64,000 nucleotides of DNA from Spirochaetaceae bacterium (GTDB lineage: Bacteria; Spirochaetota; Spirochaetia; CADAEX01): assembly GCA_009780675.1 (NCBI GenBank), contig WQZP01000012.1:3769-67768 (forward strand), in the 5' to 3' direction. Shown piece after piece: positions 28,189 to 38,395 of the stretch (positions are counted from its first letter, which is position 1; each line of letters starts with the position of its first letter). The translations under genes and the position numbers were made by a program. The notes below the pieces were generated by a model. The model made no database searches, was not told the DNA's origin, and saw only the letters and a list, made by a program, of their open reading frames with translations.

Positions 28189-29415
28189 ATTATACGAATG
28201 GATACCCTTATCAAGGCTATTGCAACGGCTCTTGACGCAGTAGAACATGAACTTTTAGGGGCCAGCACAAACCACGGCAAACGAATTGCTGTATTGTGCG
28301 CTAGAATGGGAAAGGTTCTGGGGAAAAGCCCGGAAGAGATTGCCAGCATGGCGAATTGCGCGCTGCTTCATGACAACGCGCTTACCGAATTCATTCTTGC
28401 CGAAAAGACAGGCGGACAACACGACCCGGCAATGAAAAAACACTGTGAATATGGCCAACGAAATGTGGATACCCTGGCCTTCAAAACCAACGTGACTGAC
28501 TTGATTCTTTACCACCATGAAAGGGCAGATGGCAAAGGGCCATTTGGAATAAAGGCAGGAGAAGGCCCTGTGGAGGCTGAGCTCATAGCAATAGCTGATT
28601 CAATTGATGTGGGGCATCATTTACAAAGGTTGACTCCTGACAAACTCCCCTTGATCCGGCACACAATCGCCGCAGAGTCCGGAAAAAGATACAGCAAAAC
28701 CGCGGCGGAAGCTATGCTGGAAATCCTTGATTGGCCAACGATTCTTTCACTTAGGGACAACGTCATCCGGGAAACTGCCGAAGCTGCTTTTATTCCCTGG
28801 ATTGCCGATGTGGACGATGAGGCTCTTTTGAACCTGGTAGGCTTTATAACGAGGATCATTGACTATAAATCGGTCTTTACCCAAAAGCATTCAAATCAGA
28901 TTGCCAACAAGGCCTGGTTCATGGGCGGATATTACAAGTATGAAAATGCTGAACGGACACAACTATACCTGGCCGCAGCTCTCCACGACATAGGCAAACT
29001 GGAAGTCCCAACAGCGATTCTGGAAAAACCCGGTAAACTCACGGATGAAGAATTCGTCATCATCAAAGGGCATGCAAGCCAAACTTGGGAACTCCTTAAA
29101 GATATTGATGGGTTCGAAACTGTTTGTAAATGGGCATCCAATCATCATGAAAAACAAAACGGCTTGGGTTATCCCTTTGGGAAAAAGGCCAGCGAACTGG
29201 ATTTTAATTCCAGGCTTATGGCCTGCATTGATATTTACCAGGCTGTAAGCGAGGAACGGCCATACCATCCTGCACGAAACCATAAAGACACCATGCAGAT
29301 ATTATACCAAATCGCAGATACCGGCGATATAGACAAAAAAATTGTTGATGACATATCTGTTGCCCTGTCATCCTTTGATGGCATGGATCTACCAAACCCT
29401 GATCTGTCAAAGTGA
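28186..29415 (+). CDS. tandem HD-GYP domain c-di-GMP phosphodiesterase-like protein
   Basis: C-terminal domain is canonical (ALHDIGKLEVP ... HHEKQNGLGYPFG). N-terminal domain is degenerate (LLHDNALTEF ... YHHERADGKGPFG). Confidence 0.75.
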   Translation: MIIRMDTLIKAIATALDAVEHELLGASTNHGKRIAVLCARMGKVLGKSPEEIASMANCALLHDNALTEFILAEKTGGQHDPAMKKHCEYGQRNVDTLAFKTNVTDLILYHHERADGKGPFGIKAGEGPVEAELIAIADSIDVGHHLQRLTPDKLPLIRHTIAAESGKRYSKTAAEAMLEILDWPTILSLRDNVIRETAEAAFIPWIADVDDEALLNLVGFITRIIDYKSVFTQKHSNQIANKAWFMGGYYKYENAERTQLYLAAALHDIGKLEVPTAILEKPGKLTDEEFVIIKGHASQTWELLKDIDGFETVCKWASNHHEKQNGLGYPFGKKASELDFNSRLMACIDIYQAVSEERPYHPARNHKDTMQILYQIADTGDIDKKIVDDISVALSSFDGMDLPNPDLSK

Positions 29416-29525
29416 ACCTGGCTGGAATATCTCATGCTGTAGATACAGATAGCATCATCACATTAATCCGAGAGCCTTGCCTTCTTAGATATAACACAGC
29501 CGTTGACATATAACACAGTCTCTAC

Positions 29526-30566
29526 TTGACTCTAAAGCTCCGTATGTATGTAATAGAGATAGTGAATAAAAAACAAAAATATAGAGGTTTTTTTCTTCTT
29601 GTTATACTATCTTTTCTTCTCTTTATATTAAATTTGCTTACAGGTTCTGCAGGTATCCCATTTTTAAGCGAAAATATATTTCATACTGATGGCGCAAGAA
29701 CCATAATATGGAAAACAATAATTTTTGAAATAAGATTCCCCAGAGCTGTTTCTGCTTTTCTGGCAGGTGGGGCTCTTGCGCTTGCCGGACTTCTGCTTCA
29801 AACATTTTTCAGAAACCCTTTAGCTGGTCCTGATATTCTGGGAATAGCATCAGGCGCAGGTTTTGGAGCAGCAGTTGTAATTTTAGCCATCCCTTTTTTA
29901 GGCATAGCAGGAATAATATCAACAGCATCTGCTGCTGCAGTTGGAGCTGCTGCAGTAACACTCTTTCTTGTTATGATTGTTAAAAAATCAGGAAGCATAA
30001 CACTTACCCTTATTGCTGGTTTGCTTACAGGTTATTTTATAGCTTCGATCACAGGGATAATGGTAAGGTTTTCTGAAAATCAGGCAGTCAGATCTTTTAT
30101 AAATTGGTCTGCCGGAAGTTTTAAAAATATCTCTCCAGATACTCTCCCTTTTCTTGCTTTAGTAGTTGCTTCTTCGTTTTTAGTTGCTGTTATTATTTCC
30201 AGACATTGCGACCTTTATCTACTTGGAGATGATTATGCATCAAGCATGGGCTTAAATCTTAAATACTTTAGATATTCGGTTATAATCATAACTTCCATAT
30301 TAACAGGAGTAGTAACAGCTTTTTGCGGTCCTATTACTTTTATAGGGATCGCAGCTCCCCATTTTTGCAGATTTTTTCTTAAAACAGATAAACACAATAT
30401 TTTAATACCAGGAACTTTTTTCGCAGGGACAACACTCGCGCTTGCAGCAGATATAATATCATCTCTTCCGGGACATGGTATAACTCTTCCATTAAATTCA
30501 GTAACTGCGATAATAGGAACCCCAATAGTAATAAAAGTGCTATTAAAAGGATATTATGATAAATAA
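29526..30566 (+). CDS. btuC: FecCD/BtuC-family ABC permease
   Basis: About 9 TM segments. FecCD-type signature region GPITFIGIAAPH. Confidence 0.8.
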   Translation: MTLKLRMYVIEIVNKKQKYRGFFLLVILSFLLFILNLLTGSAGIPFLSENIFHTDGARTIIWKTIIFEIRFPRAVSAFLAGGALALAGLLLQTFFRNPLAGPDILGIASGAGFGAAVVILAIPFLGIAGIISTASAAAVGAAAVTLFLVMIVKKSGSITLTLIAGLLTGYFIASITGIMVRFSENQAVRSFINWSAGSFKNISPDTLPFLALVVASSFLVAVIISRHCDLYLLGDDYASSMGLNLKYFRYSVIIITSILTGVVTAFCGPITFIGIAAPHFCRFFLKTDKHNILIPGTFFAGTTLALAADIISSLPGHGITLPLNSVTAIIGTPIVIKVLLKGYYDK

Positions 30567-31332
30567 CGAAAAAATTCTTGAGGCTAAAAACCTTACAACA
30601 GGATATAAAACTAAAAAAATTACAAATGATTTTTCTTTTTCAATAAATACAAATTCAATAACTGTAATAATTGGGCCGAATGGGAGCGGAAAAACAACCC
30701 TGCTTAAAACAATATCAGGAATCATAAAACCAATTTCCGGAGATATTTTTTATTTACTAAACAATACTAATATAGAAGATATGGATGCAATAACATTTGC
30801 AAAAGCAAGATCTGTAGTGCTATCCAAACCTCCGGAAACAGGGATGCTTACTGTTTTTGAAGTTATATCTTTGGGAAGATTTCCCTATACAGGCTGGAAA
30901 GGGAAATTTTCAGACCAGGATTATTTTGAAACTGAAAGAGCTCTGGAAGAAATAGGGATAACTGCTCTTTCAAACAGAATTTTTAGAACATTAAGCGATG
31001 GGGAAAAACAAAAAGTTATGATAGCCAGAGCTCTTGCCCAAAACACCCCACTTATTTTTTTCGATGAACCATCTGCGTTTCTTGACCTCCCGTCAAAAAT
31101 TGAGTTATCAAAACTTATTGCAGATATTTCAAAAAATAAAACAATTATAAGTACAACACATGATATTGATTTCGCGCTTAATTACGCCAATGAGTTGTGG
31201 GTTATTGACAGAGATGGAACTACTCATACAGGAGCGCCAGAAAAACTTTATGGAACCATCGAGAATATTTTTAAAATCATGCCACACAAATTTTTGGAAC
31301 AAAAAATAAAGCTACAGCATACGCTTTGCTAA
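30556..31332 (+). CDS. btuD: ABC transporter ATP-binding protein (BtuD/FepC-like)
   Basis: Walker A GPNGSGKTT. ABC signature LSDGEKQKV. Walker B IFFDEP. Confidence 0.8.
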   Translation: MINNEKILEAKNLTTGYKTKKITNDFSFSINTNSITVIIGPNGSGKTTLLKTISGIIKPISGDIFYLLNNTNIEDMDAITFAKARSVVLSKPPETGMLTVFEVISLGRFPYTGWKGKFSDQDYFETERALEEIGITALSNRIFRTLSDGEKQKVMIARALAQNTPLIFFDEPSAFLDLPSKIELSKLIADISKNKTIISTTHDIDFALNYANELWVIDRDGTTHTGAPEKLYGTIENIFKIMPHKFLEQKIKLQHTLC

Positions 31333-31368
31333 TCTAAAACAAAGAGCCGAGGTGAGGAGAGCCTAAAG

Positions 31369-34245
31369 ATGAAAAGATTTACCATACTGTTGCTGCTTAT
31401 ATTTGTAACTGTTATTGCCGAAGCGCAGCTTTTTCCCCCTTTTCAATCATTCCGCGTTATCAAAACAGAAAAATTTGATATTATCTTCCCTAAAGAATCA
31501 GAAGCATCTGCCCGCCTTTTGGCATCCTATGCAGACAATGTTTATGAAGAGTTAAGTACGCTTTTTGGCATTAGTGTTCCTGGCCGCATTCCTGTAACTT
31601 TTGCTCCACATACTGATATGTTTAATGGTTATTACAATCCCATATCACGTCCTCATATTGTGCTTTTTGATACAGCTATGAATATAGAGTGGACCACTTT
31701 TGAAGATAATCTTAAAGGGCTTTTTATTCATGAGTTAACCCATGCAATTACTTTAAACACAAGAAGCCCTTTTTACCGCTTTCTGCACAGATTTTTTGGC
31801 AATTGGGCAACTCCCGCATTTTGGACCGCGCCGGCATTTATGCTAGAGGGCGCTCCAATCAGCATGGAAAGCCTTGGGGGTTTTGGCAGAGCAAATGATC
31901 CATTTGCCAGGCATTATCTAAGGCAGGCTCTCCACGAAGGGAAGTTTCATACACCCTTTCAGGCTTCGGGTGTATACGATTTTCCAGGGCAACGATATTT
32001 GTTTTACGAGTACGGAGGTTTTTTTTCCGCATGGCTACAGCAACAATTCGGTATGGAAAAATATGCTGAACTTTGGCAAGCCATGGGTAAGAGCGGACAA
32101 TTTTCCATTTTCGCATACCGGTCAGGGTTTTATAATATTTTCAGAAGAGTGTACAACATGGATTTTATCTATGCCTGGAATACTTTCAGGGATTCACTTG
32201 CCCTGGATAACATTGAAGAAAATCAGAATGAAATCCTTCCAGGACAATACCGTTTCTTTTCCGAAAACAGAAATTCTTTTCCTGCTCTGGCAGCCAGTAA
32301 AAATGAAGTCTTTATTCTTGACAGAACAGGAAAAATCCATGTTTATAATTCACAGACAGGAAATACCCGCACATTTAACTCCGGGCTTTTTTTAGTTTAT
32401 GACCTTGATGTTTCTGCCTGCGGTACAACTCTTCTCGTGTCCGGGTATCAGGCTATAACAGGCGATCGGTTCAGAGCAGTTGTCATAGAACACAGGACAG
32501 ATTCCGGGCGCAGAACAGGCAGGGTTTTTCATGGGCTTTACAGAGCCAGATATTTCAGAGACGGCGTTATTGGAATTCGTACCGAACTCCACAACAATAA
32601 AATTGTATACGAAGATTTTAATGGTAACAGAGAAATTCTTTTCCAGGGAAATCAGAGATTGATGTTTTCAGGCCCGCAGGCTGTGGATAATGATAGGATT
32701 GCATTTATAGCAGCCCGTAATGGCGCGCGGGAACTTTTGCTTTACAATTATGTTTCTGGAGAACTTTTTCGCATTGAAAATTCCACAGACAATAATGACT
32801 ATTGGCGATTTATGCGAAACTTAAATGTCTCGGAAGGAAGGCTTCTTTTTAGCCATAATGCGAACGACCGCATGTACAAATTTGCTTCTATTGATCTGGA
32901 AAATATGCAGGCAATTTTTAGCACCCGTGATTTTTCCGGCGGTGTTTTTAATCCAGTTTCTGTTAATGGAAATATTTATTACCGCGCAAACTTTTTTTCC
33001 GGAGACAACATTTTACGTTTTCCGGAAACTATAACATCTCTTTCAGGAGAGCAAACCAATATAAATTTCGCAGCGCCTGCTGAAGATTACAGATTGGCTG
33101 CGCAGAGGAGGGGCAACACACAGGAAGCGCTGACTGTACAACCACATGATAACAACCTTCCTCCCTTTGAGTCCCGGCCATATTTTACCATCAGGTATAT
33201 GAATCCCTTTGATTTTTGGCTACCATTACCATTAATTAGAGTGGATACTGATTTTAATTTCTCTTTGGATGGCGGGGGCATTCTTTCAGTAATAATGGAT
33301 CCTACAGACAGGCATTTAATAATTGCCATGGCGTATGCAGATACAAAATATCAAATGGCAAATGTAGAACTTTTTACATGGCAAAATACCGTTGCTGGAT
33401 TCCCTATAGCCCTGGAATTTTCAGATACAATATTAACAAATTCCAGAGATGATCTTTATCGAAATACCAGAGTAAGTTTAATAGCCAGTTTTAGCCAAAT
33501 TCCAGGGCGTTGGCGATATGGATTCTCTTTTGGCGGAGGATATTACCGGATTGCCGAAGATGACGGCAGAGCAAGCGCTTATGATTGGGAAAAAACAGAA
33601 AGCGGCTTTTTATATTCTGCAACTCTTTCATTTTCAACCCTGACACGCCGTCAGCATGAATTGTTTGGAACTGGTATGTCTCTTGGGTTCAGGGGGATCA
33701 GTATTGTAGAAGATTTTCACCCCCGCCTTGAGGGCAGATTTCGGGCAAGCACAGAAACAAGATTCCCCTTGGGCCTTGTTCTTTACGGCGTTTATGATGA
33801 ACGCGGAATGAATCTTCATGGATCATCACGAACTTATGGAGGTTCATTGTTTCGTGATTCTGCATCAGTGGAATATACAATCCATAGAGGACTCAATAAC
33901 CTTTTATGGATTGCCGGAGCAGAATTGTCGTTAGGGCTTTTTTCTTTTGAAATTCAAAGAAATCTTTCCCATGTTTATTTTAACAGATTTTTCTGCACCC
34001 TTGCAGTAAGAAATGTTTTGTATAACAGTGACGGACATTTCCTGGCAGAAGGAATTGAAATGGGGGATTTTCACTTGGCGCAGTCGCTGGTGCTTAGTCT
34101 TGGATTAATATCCTCGGTTATTCCACTTAAACAAGTACCGCTTTTTCTGGAACCCAGAATTTGGGGTGCCTGGAAATTCTCCAACACCATTACCGGAAAA
34201 GGCGATATCTGGCAAATTGGGGCAGGCTTTAATTTTCAGTATTAA
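31369..34245 (+). CDS. large secreted protein: HExxH metalloprotease-like N-terminal region, beta-propeller-like middle, beta-barrel-like C-terminus
   Basis: Signal peptide. FIHELTHAITLN (HExxH motif). Repeated TolB-like blades. C-terminus ...GAGFNFQY. Confidence 0.4.
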   Translation: MKRFTILLLLIFVTVIAEAQLFPPFQSFRVIKTEKFDIIFPKESEASARLLASYADNVYEELSTLFGISVPGRIPVTFAPHTDMFNGYYNPISRPHIVLFDTAMNIEWTTFEDNLKGLFIHELTHAITLNTRSPFYRFLHRFFGNWATPAFWTAPAFMLEGAPISMESLGGFGRANDPFARHYLRQALHEGKFHTPFQASGVYDFPGQRYLFYEYGGFFSAWLQQQFGMEKYAELWQAMGKSGQFSIFAYRSGFYNIFRRVYNMDFIYAWNTFRDSLALDNIEENQNEILPGQYRFFSENRNSFPALAASKNEVFILDRTGKIHVYNSQTGNTRTFNSGLFLVYDLDVSACGTTLLVSGYQAITGDRFRAVVIEHRTDSGRRTGRVFHGLYRARYFRDGVIGIRTELHNNKIVYEDFNGNREILFQGNQRLMFSGPQAVDNDRIAFIAARNGARELLLYNYVSGELFRIENSTDNNDYWRFMRNLNVSEGRLLFSHNANDRMYKFASIDLENMQAIFSTRDFSGGVFNPVSVNGNIYYRANFFSGDNILRFPETITSLSGEQTNINFAAPAEDYRLAAQRRGNTQEALTVQPHDNNLPPFESRPYFTIRYMNPFDFWLPLPLIRVDTDFNFSLDGGGILSVIMDPTDRHLIIAMAYADTKYQMANVELFTWQNTVAGFPIALEFSDTILTNSRDDLYRNTRVSLIASFSQIPGRWRYGFSFGGGYYRIAEDDGRASAYDWEKTESGFLYSATLSFSTLTRRQHELFGTGMSLGFRGISIVEDFHPRLEGRFRASTETRFPLGLVLYGVYDERGMNLHGSSRTYGGSLFRDSASVEYTIHRGLNNLLWIAGAELSLGLFSFEIQRNLSHVYFNRFFCTLAVRNVLYNSDGHFLAEGIEMGDFHLAQSLVLSLGLISSVIPLKQVPLFLEPRIWGAWKFSNTITGKGDIWQIGAGFNFQY

Positions 34246-35393
34246 GGAAGGACAGGTATATGCCTGAAAAAATATTTTTTTCTGCCAGTAGAAAAGTGGT
34301 CATGATGGATAATATTTATAAGGTCAGACAATATCCTGTCCGGATGCGCAGTGCCTTCATCCCAAAAAGGATTCCCATCTCCTCTATCCCTAAGGTCATT
34401 ATTATAGACCTGCCTGTTTTGGAAAGCCCTAAAAAGGGAATATCTTCGGTCTCTGTTTACAATATCTCCAAGAACCCTTATCCCCGAAGTATTCAAGAGC
34501 CAAATATCTGCGTTACCAGCCGCAACATAAACTTGCTTGAAGTCAAAAAACAGGGAGCCCTGCCTTCTTACGCTTGCCCACGGATAGGCTGCCCCGGCAT
34601 GCTCCAGCATAATGGCAAAGTAACTATTGCCGGAAGGGGTAACCCAGCTATCTCCATGCATCATATTTAAAAACACAACAGGTCTCTTGCCATTTAAAGG
34701 AACTTTTTCTTTTAGCGCGTTATACCTCAAAACCGTATCATTTAAAATACGCTTCCCCTCATACTCCATATCAAGAAAAAGAGAAAGAAAAACAAGCCAC
34801 TCCAACCTTCCCAAAGGGTGATTCTCAAGCCACCCCGCAGTTACTGCAACAGGAAACCCATGCCGCAATAATAACCCGGTAGAGTCATAATCTCCGCCTG
34901 TCCATGGAGTAATTACAAGCTCCGGGCTTATGGAAAAAATCATTTCAATATCAATATCGCGCCCCTCGCCCACTTGCGCCACAGAGCCTTTTCCTACACG
35001 CTCCTTAACTTCCATATTAGAAGTGTTTCTGGAAAAATCTATTGCTTTTAACTTATCAAGAGAATCCAGAGATTCAAGAAAAAATATATTTTCCGAAGAA
35101 AGAGATATTATTCTTTGCACAGGGATTTTTACATACTGAATTATCCTGTTTCTATTAGCCCTTCTACTATCGTTTATAGAAGGTTTTTCATCACGGTAAA
35201 GATACCAGATATATTCAAAACCACCCACATTTACATAAACTTCTATGTGATTTTCATAATTTCTATATGAAAAATTTTGCGCATAAAGGTTTTTAGTAGT
35301 TGTTCTTGGACTGATATTGCCTTGTTTGCAACCTATACACAAAAAAAGCAAAAATATACTAACAATTGTTAAAATTTTTAATTTTTTATCCAT
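34242..35393 (-). CDS. periplasmic binding lipoprotein (BtuF/class III substrate-binding-like)
   Basis: Lipobox LCIGC. Peripla_BP_2-like core GLLLRHGFPVAVTAGWLENHP. Convergent with the btuCD operon. Confidence 0.6.
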   Translation of the reverse strand: MDKKLKILTIVSIFLLFLCIGCKQGNISPRTTTKNLYAQNFSYRNYENHIEVYVNVGGFEYIWYLYRDEKPSINDSRRANRNRIIQYVKIPVQRIISLSSENIFFLESLDSLDKLKAIDFSRNTSNMEVKERVGKGSVAQVGEGRDIDIEMIFSISPELVITPWTGGDYDSTGLLLRHGFPVAVTAGWLENHPLGRLEWLVFLSLFLDMEYEGKRILNDTVLRYNALKEKVPLNGKRPVVFLNMMHGDSWVTPSGNSYFAIMLEHAGAAYPWASVRRQGSLFFDFKQVYVAAGNADIWLLNTSGIRVLGDIVNRDRRYSLFRAFQNRQVYNNDLRDRGDGNPFWDEGTAHPDRILSDLINIIHHDHFSTGRKKYFFRHIPVLP

Positions 35394-35678
35394 TTTCTTC
35401 TGTTTTTCATAATATTTAATAACTTATTATTATAAATTATTAAATATTGATAACCCAACGCAATATTATCATGTTTTTTCCTTAATAATATAGCTAAATT
35501 TCAATATATTTTTGCAAAAATATATTGCATAGTAAAGTAAATATTGCGGAAAAAGGGTTGGCAATATTAAATATTACTATTATCATTATTATTATGATGC
35601 TTGTACTATTTAATATTTTTTATAAATTGTTTATAACATTTTATTATAATTTATTTAAAAGCGAGCGGATTAAATAAG

Positions 35679-36689
35679 ATGAAATCGAAACCAGAAACAA
35701 TTGATTTATCATTATTAACTCCTATATATGAAAAATTTGTAGCAAATCCACTATTTAAATTTGTACCACGGTGGATACCTGCAAATATTATTACGATTAT
35801 TTCACATCTTTGCGTAATTTTAGCTACAATTATAGCTATTTTGATAACAGCAGGGTTCTTTAAATTTTGGTTGCTGGTCCCTATTTTAATTCTTTGTTAC
35901 CTTACAGGTGATATTTTTGACGGAAAACAAGCAAGAAGAACAAAAACCTGTTCCAAACTTGGCGAATTCCTTGACCACTTTTTAGACATATTTGTTGTTG
36001 GATTTTTGGCAAGCATTATATTTGTTATCTATGGAATTATAGATCCTTTATTTATCGCAGTCTTTTTTGGAATGGCTTTTCTACCGCTTTTTGGCTTTCA
36101 CCACGAACAATATATGACAAAAACTATTTTTTTTGAAAAACTAAGCGCTTTTGAAGGGGTAATTGTTTTTATAGTCTTTATAGTACTTGGTTTTATTGAG
36201 CCAACAAAACAATTCTTGATAAATACAACAATAATGCATTTTTCTTTAATAGAAATAATATTGATAGCAATTGCTATTGGCGGTGTTTATGCTACAAAAA
36301 GAAACCTTGACCGCATAGGCGCAAAAGGAAACAGGGGCTTTTTAGTTTATTTGTTGCTCACTGGCATAACAGTTTTTTTTGCTTCCAAATTATTACCTTT
36401 TGCAGCAGTTATGTTTATAATGACTGCATATTGTGGCGGAACTATAGGAAGACTGCATATAGCATATATTCTTGACCATAAAGAACCTATTCCGGACTTT
36501 ATATTTCCCGCATTTCTTATAATTGCATTTTTTATAAATATTCCAGGTCTTGCTATTGTAGCAATTTCAATTATCTATCAGGTAGTAAATATACTATTAT
36601 CGTTTTTTTCAGGCTTTATCCCTTTAAAAAAATATTGGGTATGGGTCAATCCTGGAGAAGATGAATATTTAGATGTTTACACAGTGTAA
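35679..36689 (+). CDS. CDP-alcohol phosphatidyltransferase-family membrane protein
   Basis: DIFDGKQARRTKTCSKLGEFLDHFLDIF matches D-G-x2-A-R-x8-G-x3-D-x3-D. Multiple TM segments. Confidence 0.55.
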   Translation: MKSKPETIDLSLLTPIYEKFVANPLFKFVPRWIPANIITIISHLCVILATIIAILITAGFFKFWLLVPILILCYLTGDIFDGKQARRTKTCSKLGEFLDHFLDIFVVGFLASIIFVIYGIIDPLFIAVFFGMAFLPLFGFHHEQYMTKTIFFEKLSAFEGVIVFIVFIVLGFIEPTKQFLINTTIMHFSLIEIILIAIAIGGVYATKRNLDRIGAKGNRGFLVYLLLTGITVFFASKLLPFAAVMFIMTAYCGGTIGRLHIAYILDHKEPIPDFIFPAFLIIAFFINIPGLAIVAISIIYQVVNILLSFFSGFIPLKKYWVWVNPGEDEYLDVYTV

Positions 36690-36716
36690 AACCACTATAA
36701 CCGCAGGTATATTAAA

Positions 36717-37772
36717 TTGAAATCTTTTTCCGACAAAATATCCATAAGAAAACCAGATGATATGCATCTACACTTAAGGCAAGGCGAAATTCTTAAAGTA
36801 TGCGCGCCTGAATCTGCCAAATGGTTTCAGAGAGCCATGATAATGCCCAATACAATTCCTCCAATAATCAACAGTGAAAGATTGATCAGCTACAGAAAAG
36901 AGATTGAAGAAGCAGTTTTCTATAGAAATAACAGAGAATCAAATATTCCAAAAGAAAACTTTACTCCGCTTATGAGTTTTAAACTTTATCCTGGCATGAA
37001 AGAGGAAGAGGTTATAAAACTATCTAAGGCAGGAGCAGTTGCAGGAAAACTATATCCGGAAGGGAGCACAACCAATTCAGAAGATGGTGTAAAATCATGG
37101 AAGCAGATAACAGAAGCGTTATCCGCCATGAGCAAACTTGGCATTATCCTTGCAATACATGGAGAAAAGCCAGATTCTTTTGTTCTTGACAGAGAAAAAG
37201 ATTATCTTCCTGAACTTTTTCAAATAATCGAACATTATCCTGATCTCAAAATAGTACTTGAGCATGTTTCAAGTGTTGAAGGGGTAAATGCTGTTATAAA
37301 TGGGCCTGTTAACCTTGGAGGTACGATTACTATCCACCACCTTCTTATTACCCTTGACGACCTTCTTGGCGGAGGTATTAATCCACATAATTTTTGCAAG
37401 CCTGTAGTTAAAACACCCAAAGACAGGGAAGCAATCCAAAATGCAGCGCTATCGGGAAACAGAAAATTCTTTTTTGGGTCAGACAGCGCTCCCCATCCTG
37501 AATCATTAAAAATAAAAACAGGGGGAAATGCAGGTATATTTTCAGCTCCTGTTGCGTTCCCGTTATTAGTATCTTTTTTTGAAAAAAATGGCTCAAAAGA
37601 ACTGCTTGAAAATTTCACATCAAGGTATGGCGCGGAATTTTACAACCTTCCATTAAATAGCTCTTCTATTACTCTTGAAAGAAAAGAGAGTAAAGTGCCA
37701 GAAAGATTTTCGGATATTGTCCCTTTTATGGCAGGCGCTACAATTGAATGGGATATTTCCACATCTGAGTAA
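36717..37772 (+). CDS. pyrC: dihydroorotase (homodimeric type)
   Basis: IRKPDDMHLHLRQGE...MPNTIPP mirrors E. coli PyrC (IRRPDDWHLHLRDG...MPNLAPP). About 350 aa. Confidence 0.75.
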   Translation: MKSFSDKISIRKPDDMHLHLRQGEILKVCAPESAKWFQRAMIMPNTIPPIINSERLISYRKEIEEAVFYRNNRESNIPKENFTPLMSFKLYPGMKEEEVIKLSKAGAVAGKLYPEGSTTNSEDGVKSWKQITEALSAMSKLGIILAIHGEKPDSFVLDREKDYLPELFQIIEHYPDLKIVLEHVSSVEGVNAVINGPVNLGGTITIHHLLITLDDLLGGGINPHNFCKPVVKTPKDREAIQNAALSGNRKFFFGSDSAPHPESLKIKTGGNAGIFSAPVAFPLLVSFFEKNGSKELLENFTSRYGAEFYNLPLNSSSITLERKESKVPERFSDIVPFMAGATIEWDISTSE

Positions 37773-37783
37773 CGCGCAATCAA

Positions 37784-38395
37784 ATGGTTGAAAAATATTT
37801 TCTGGAATATTGCAAAATACGCGATAATATTGATTTAAAAATATCAGAAATTTTATCTTTTTATAAAGGGGATATCCTTTGCAAAAAAGGGTGTTCTGGT
37901 TGTTGTATGGCAATAACGCTTTTTCCTGTTGAATTTTTCGCAATAAAGCAGGAAACTGACAAGGGCTCATTAAAAACTTTGTTGTCACCTTCGTTTACTC
38001 TGGATTCTAAAAATACAAAACAAAACCAGGATTGCATTTTTCTTGAAAAATCAATATGCACGATATATGAATCCAGACCCATAATATGCAGGACACAGGG
38101 GCTGCCGTTATTCTACTTCTCAGATACGCTTGAAGATTACACAATATCTTTCTGCGATAAAAATTTTACATCCTGTCGGGAAGATTTTGAATTTAACACA
38201 GAATATTCAATTGACCTTGATAAGTTGAATTCATCGCTGTATAAGTTAAACAAGGAATTTATGAAAGAAATCAATCTTGAAAACAATATGGATAAAAGAA
38301 TTCAAATATCGCTTTTACTTTCCAACAATAACACATCCGCGTCCGCGTCAGACAAGATTGATTATAAAAGTCCAAGTTTATATTTTAATGAATAA
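37784..38395 (+). CDS. YkgJ-family Cys-cluster (CxxCxxCC) protein
   Basis: CKKGCSGCCMA motif and a second Cys cluster ICRTQG. Confidence 0.5.
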   Translation: MVEKYFLEYCKIRDNIDLKISEILSFYKGDILCKKGCSGCCMAITLFPVEFFAIKQETDKGSLKTLLSPSFTLDSKNTKQNQDCIFLEKSICTIYESRPIICRTQGLPLFYFSDTLEDYTISFCDKNFTSCREDFEFNTEYSIDLDKLNSSLYKLNKEFMKEINLENNMDKRIQISLLLSNNNTSASASDKIDYKSPSLYFNE

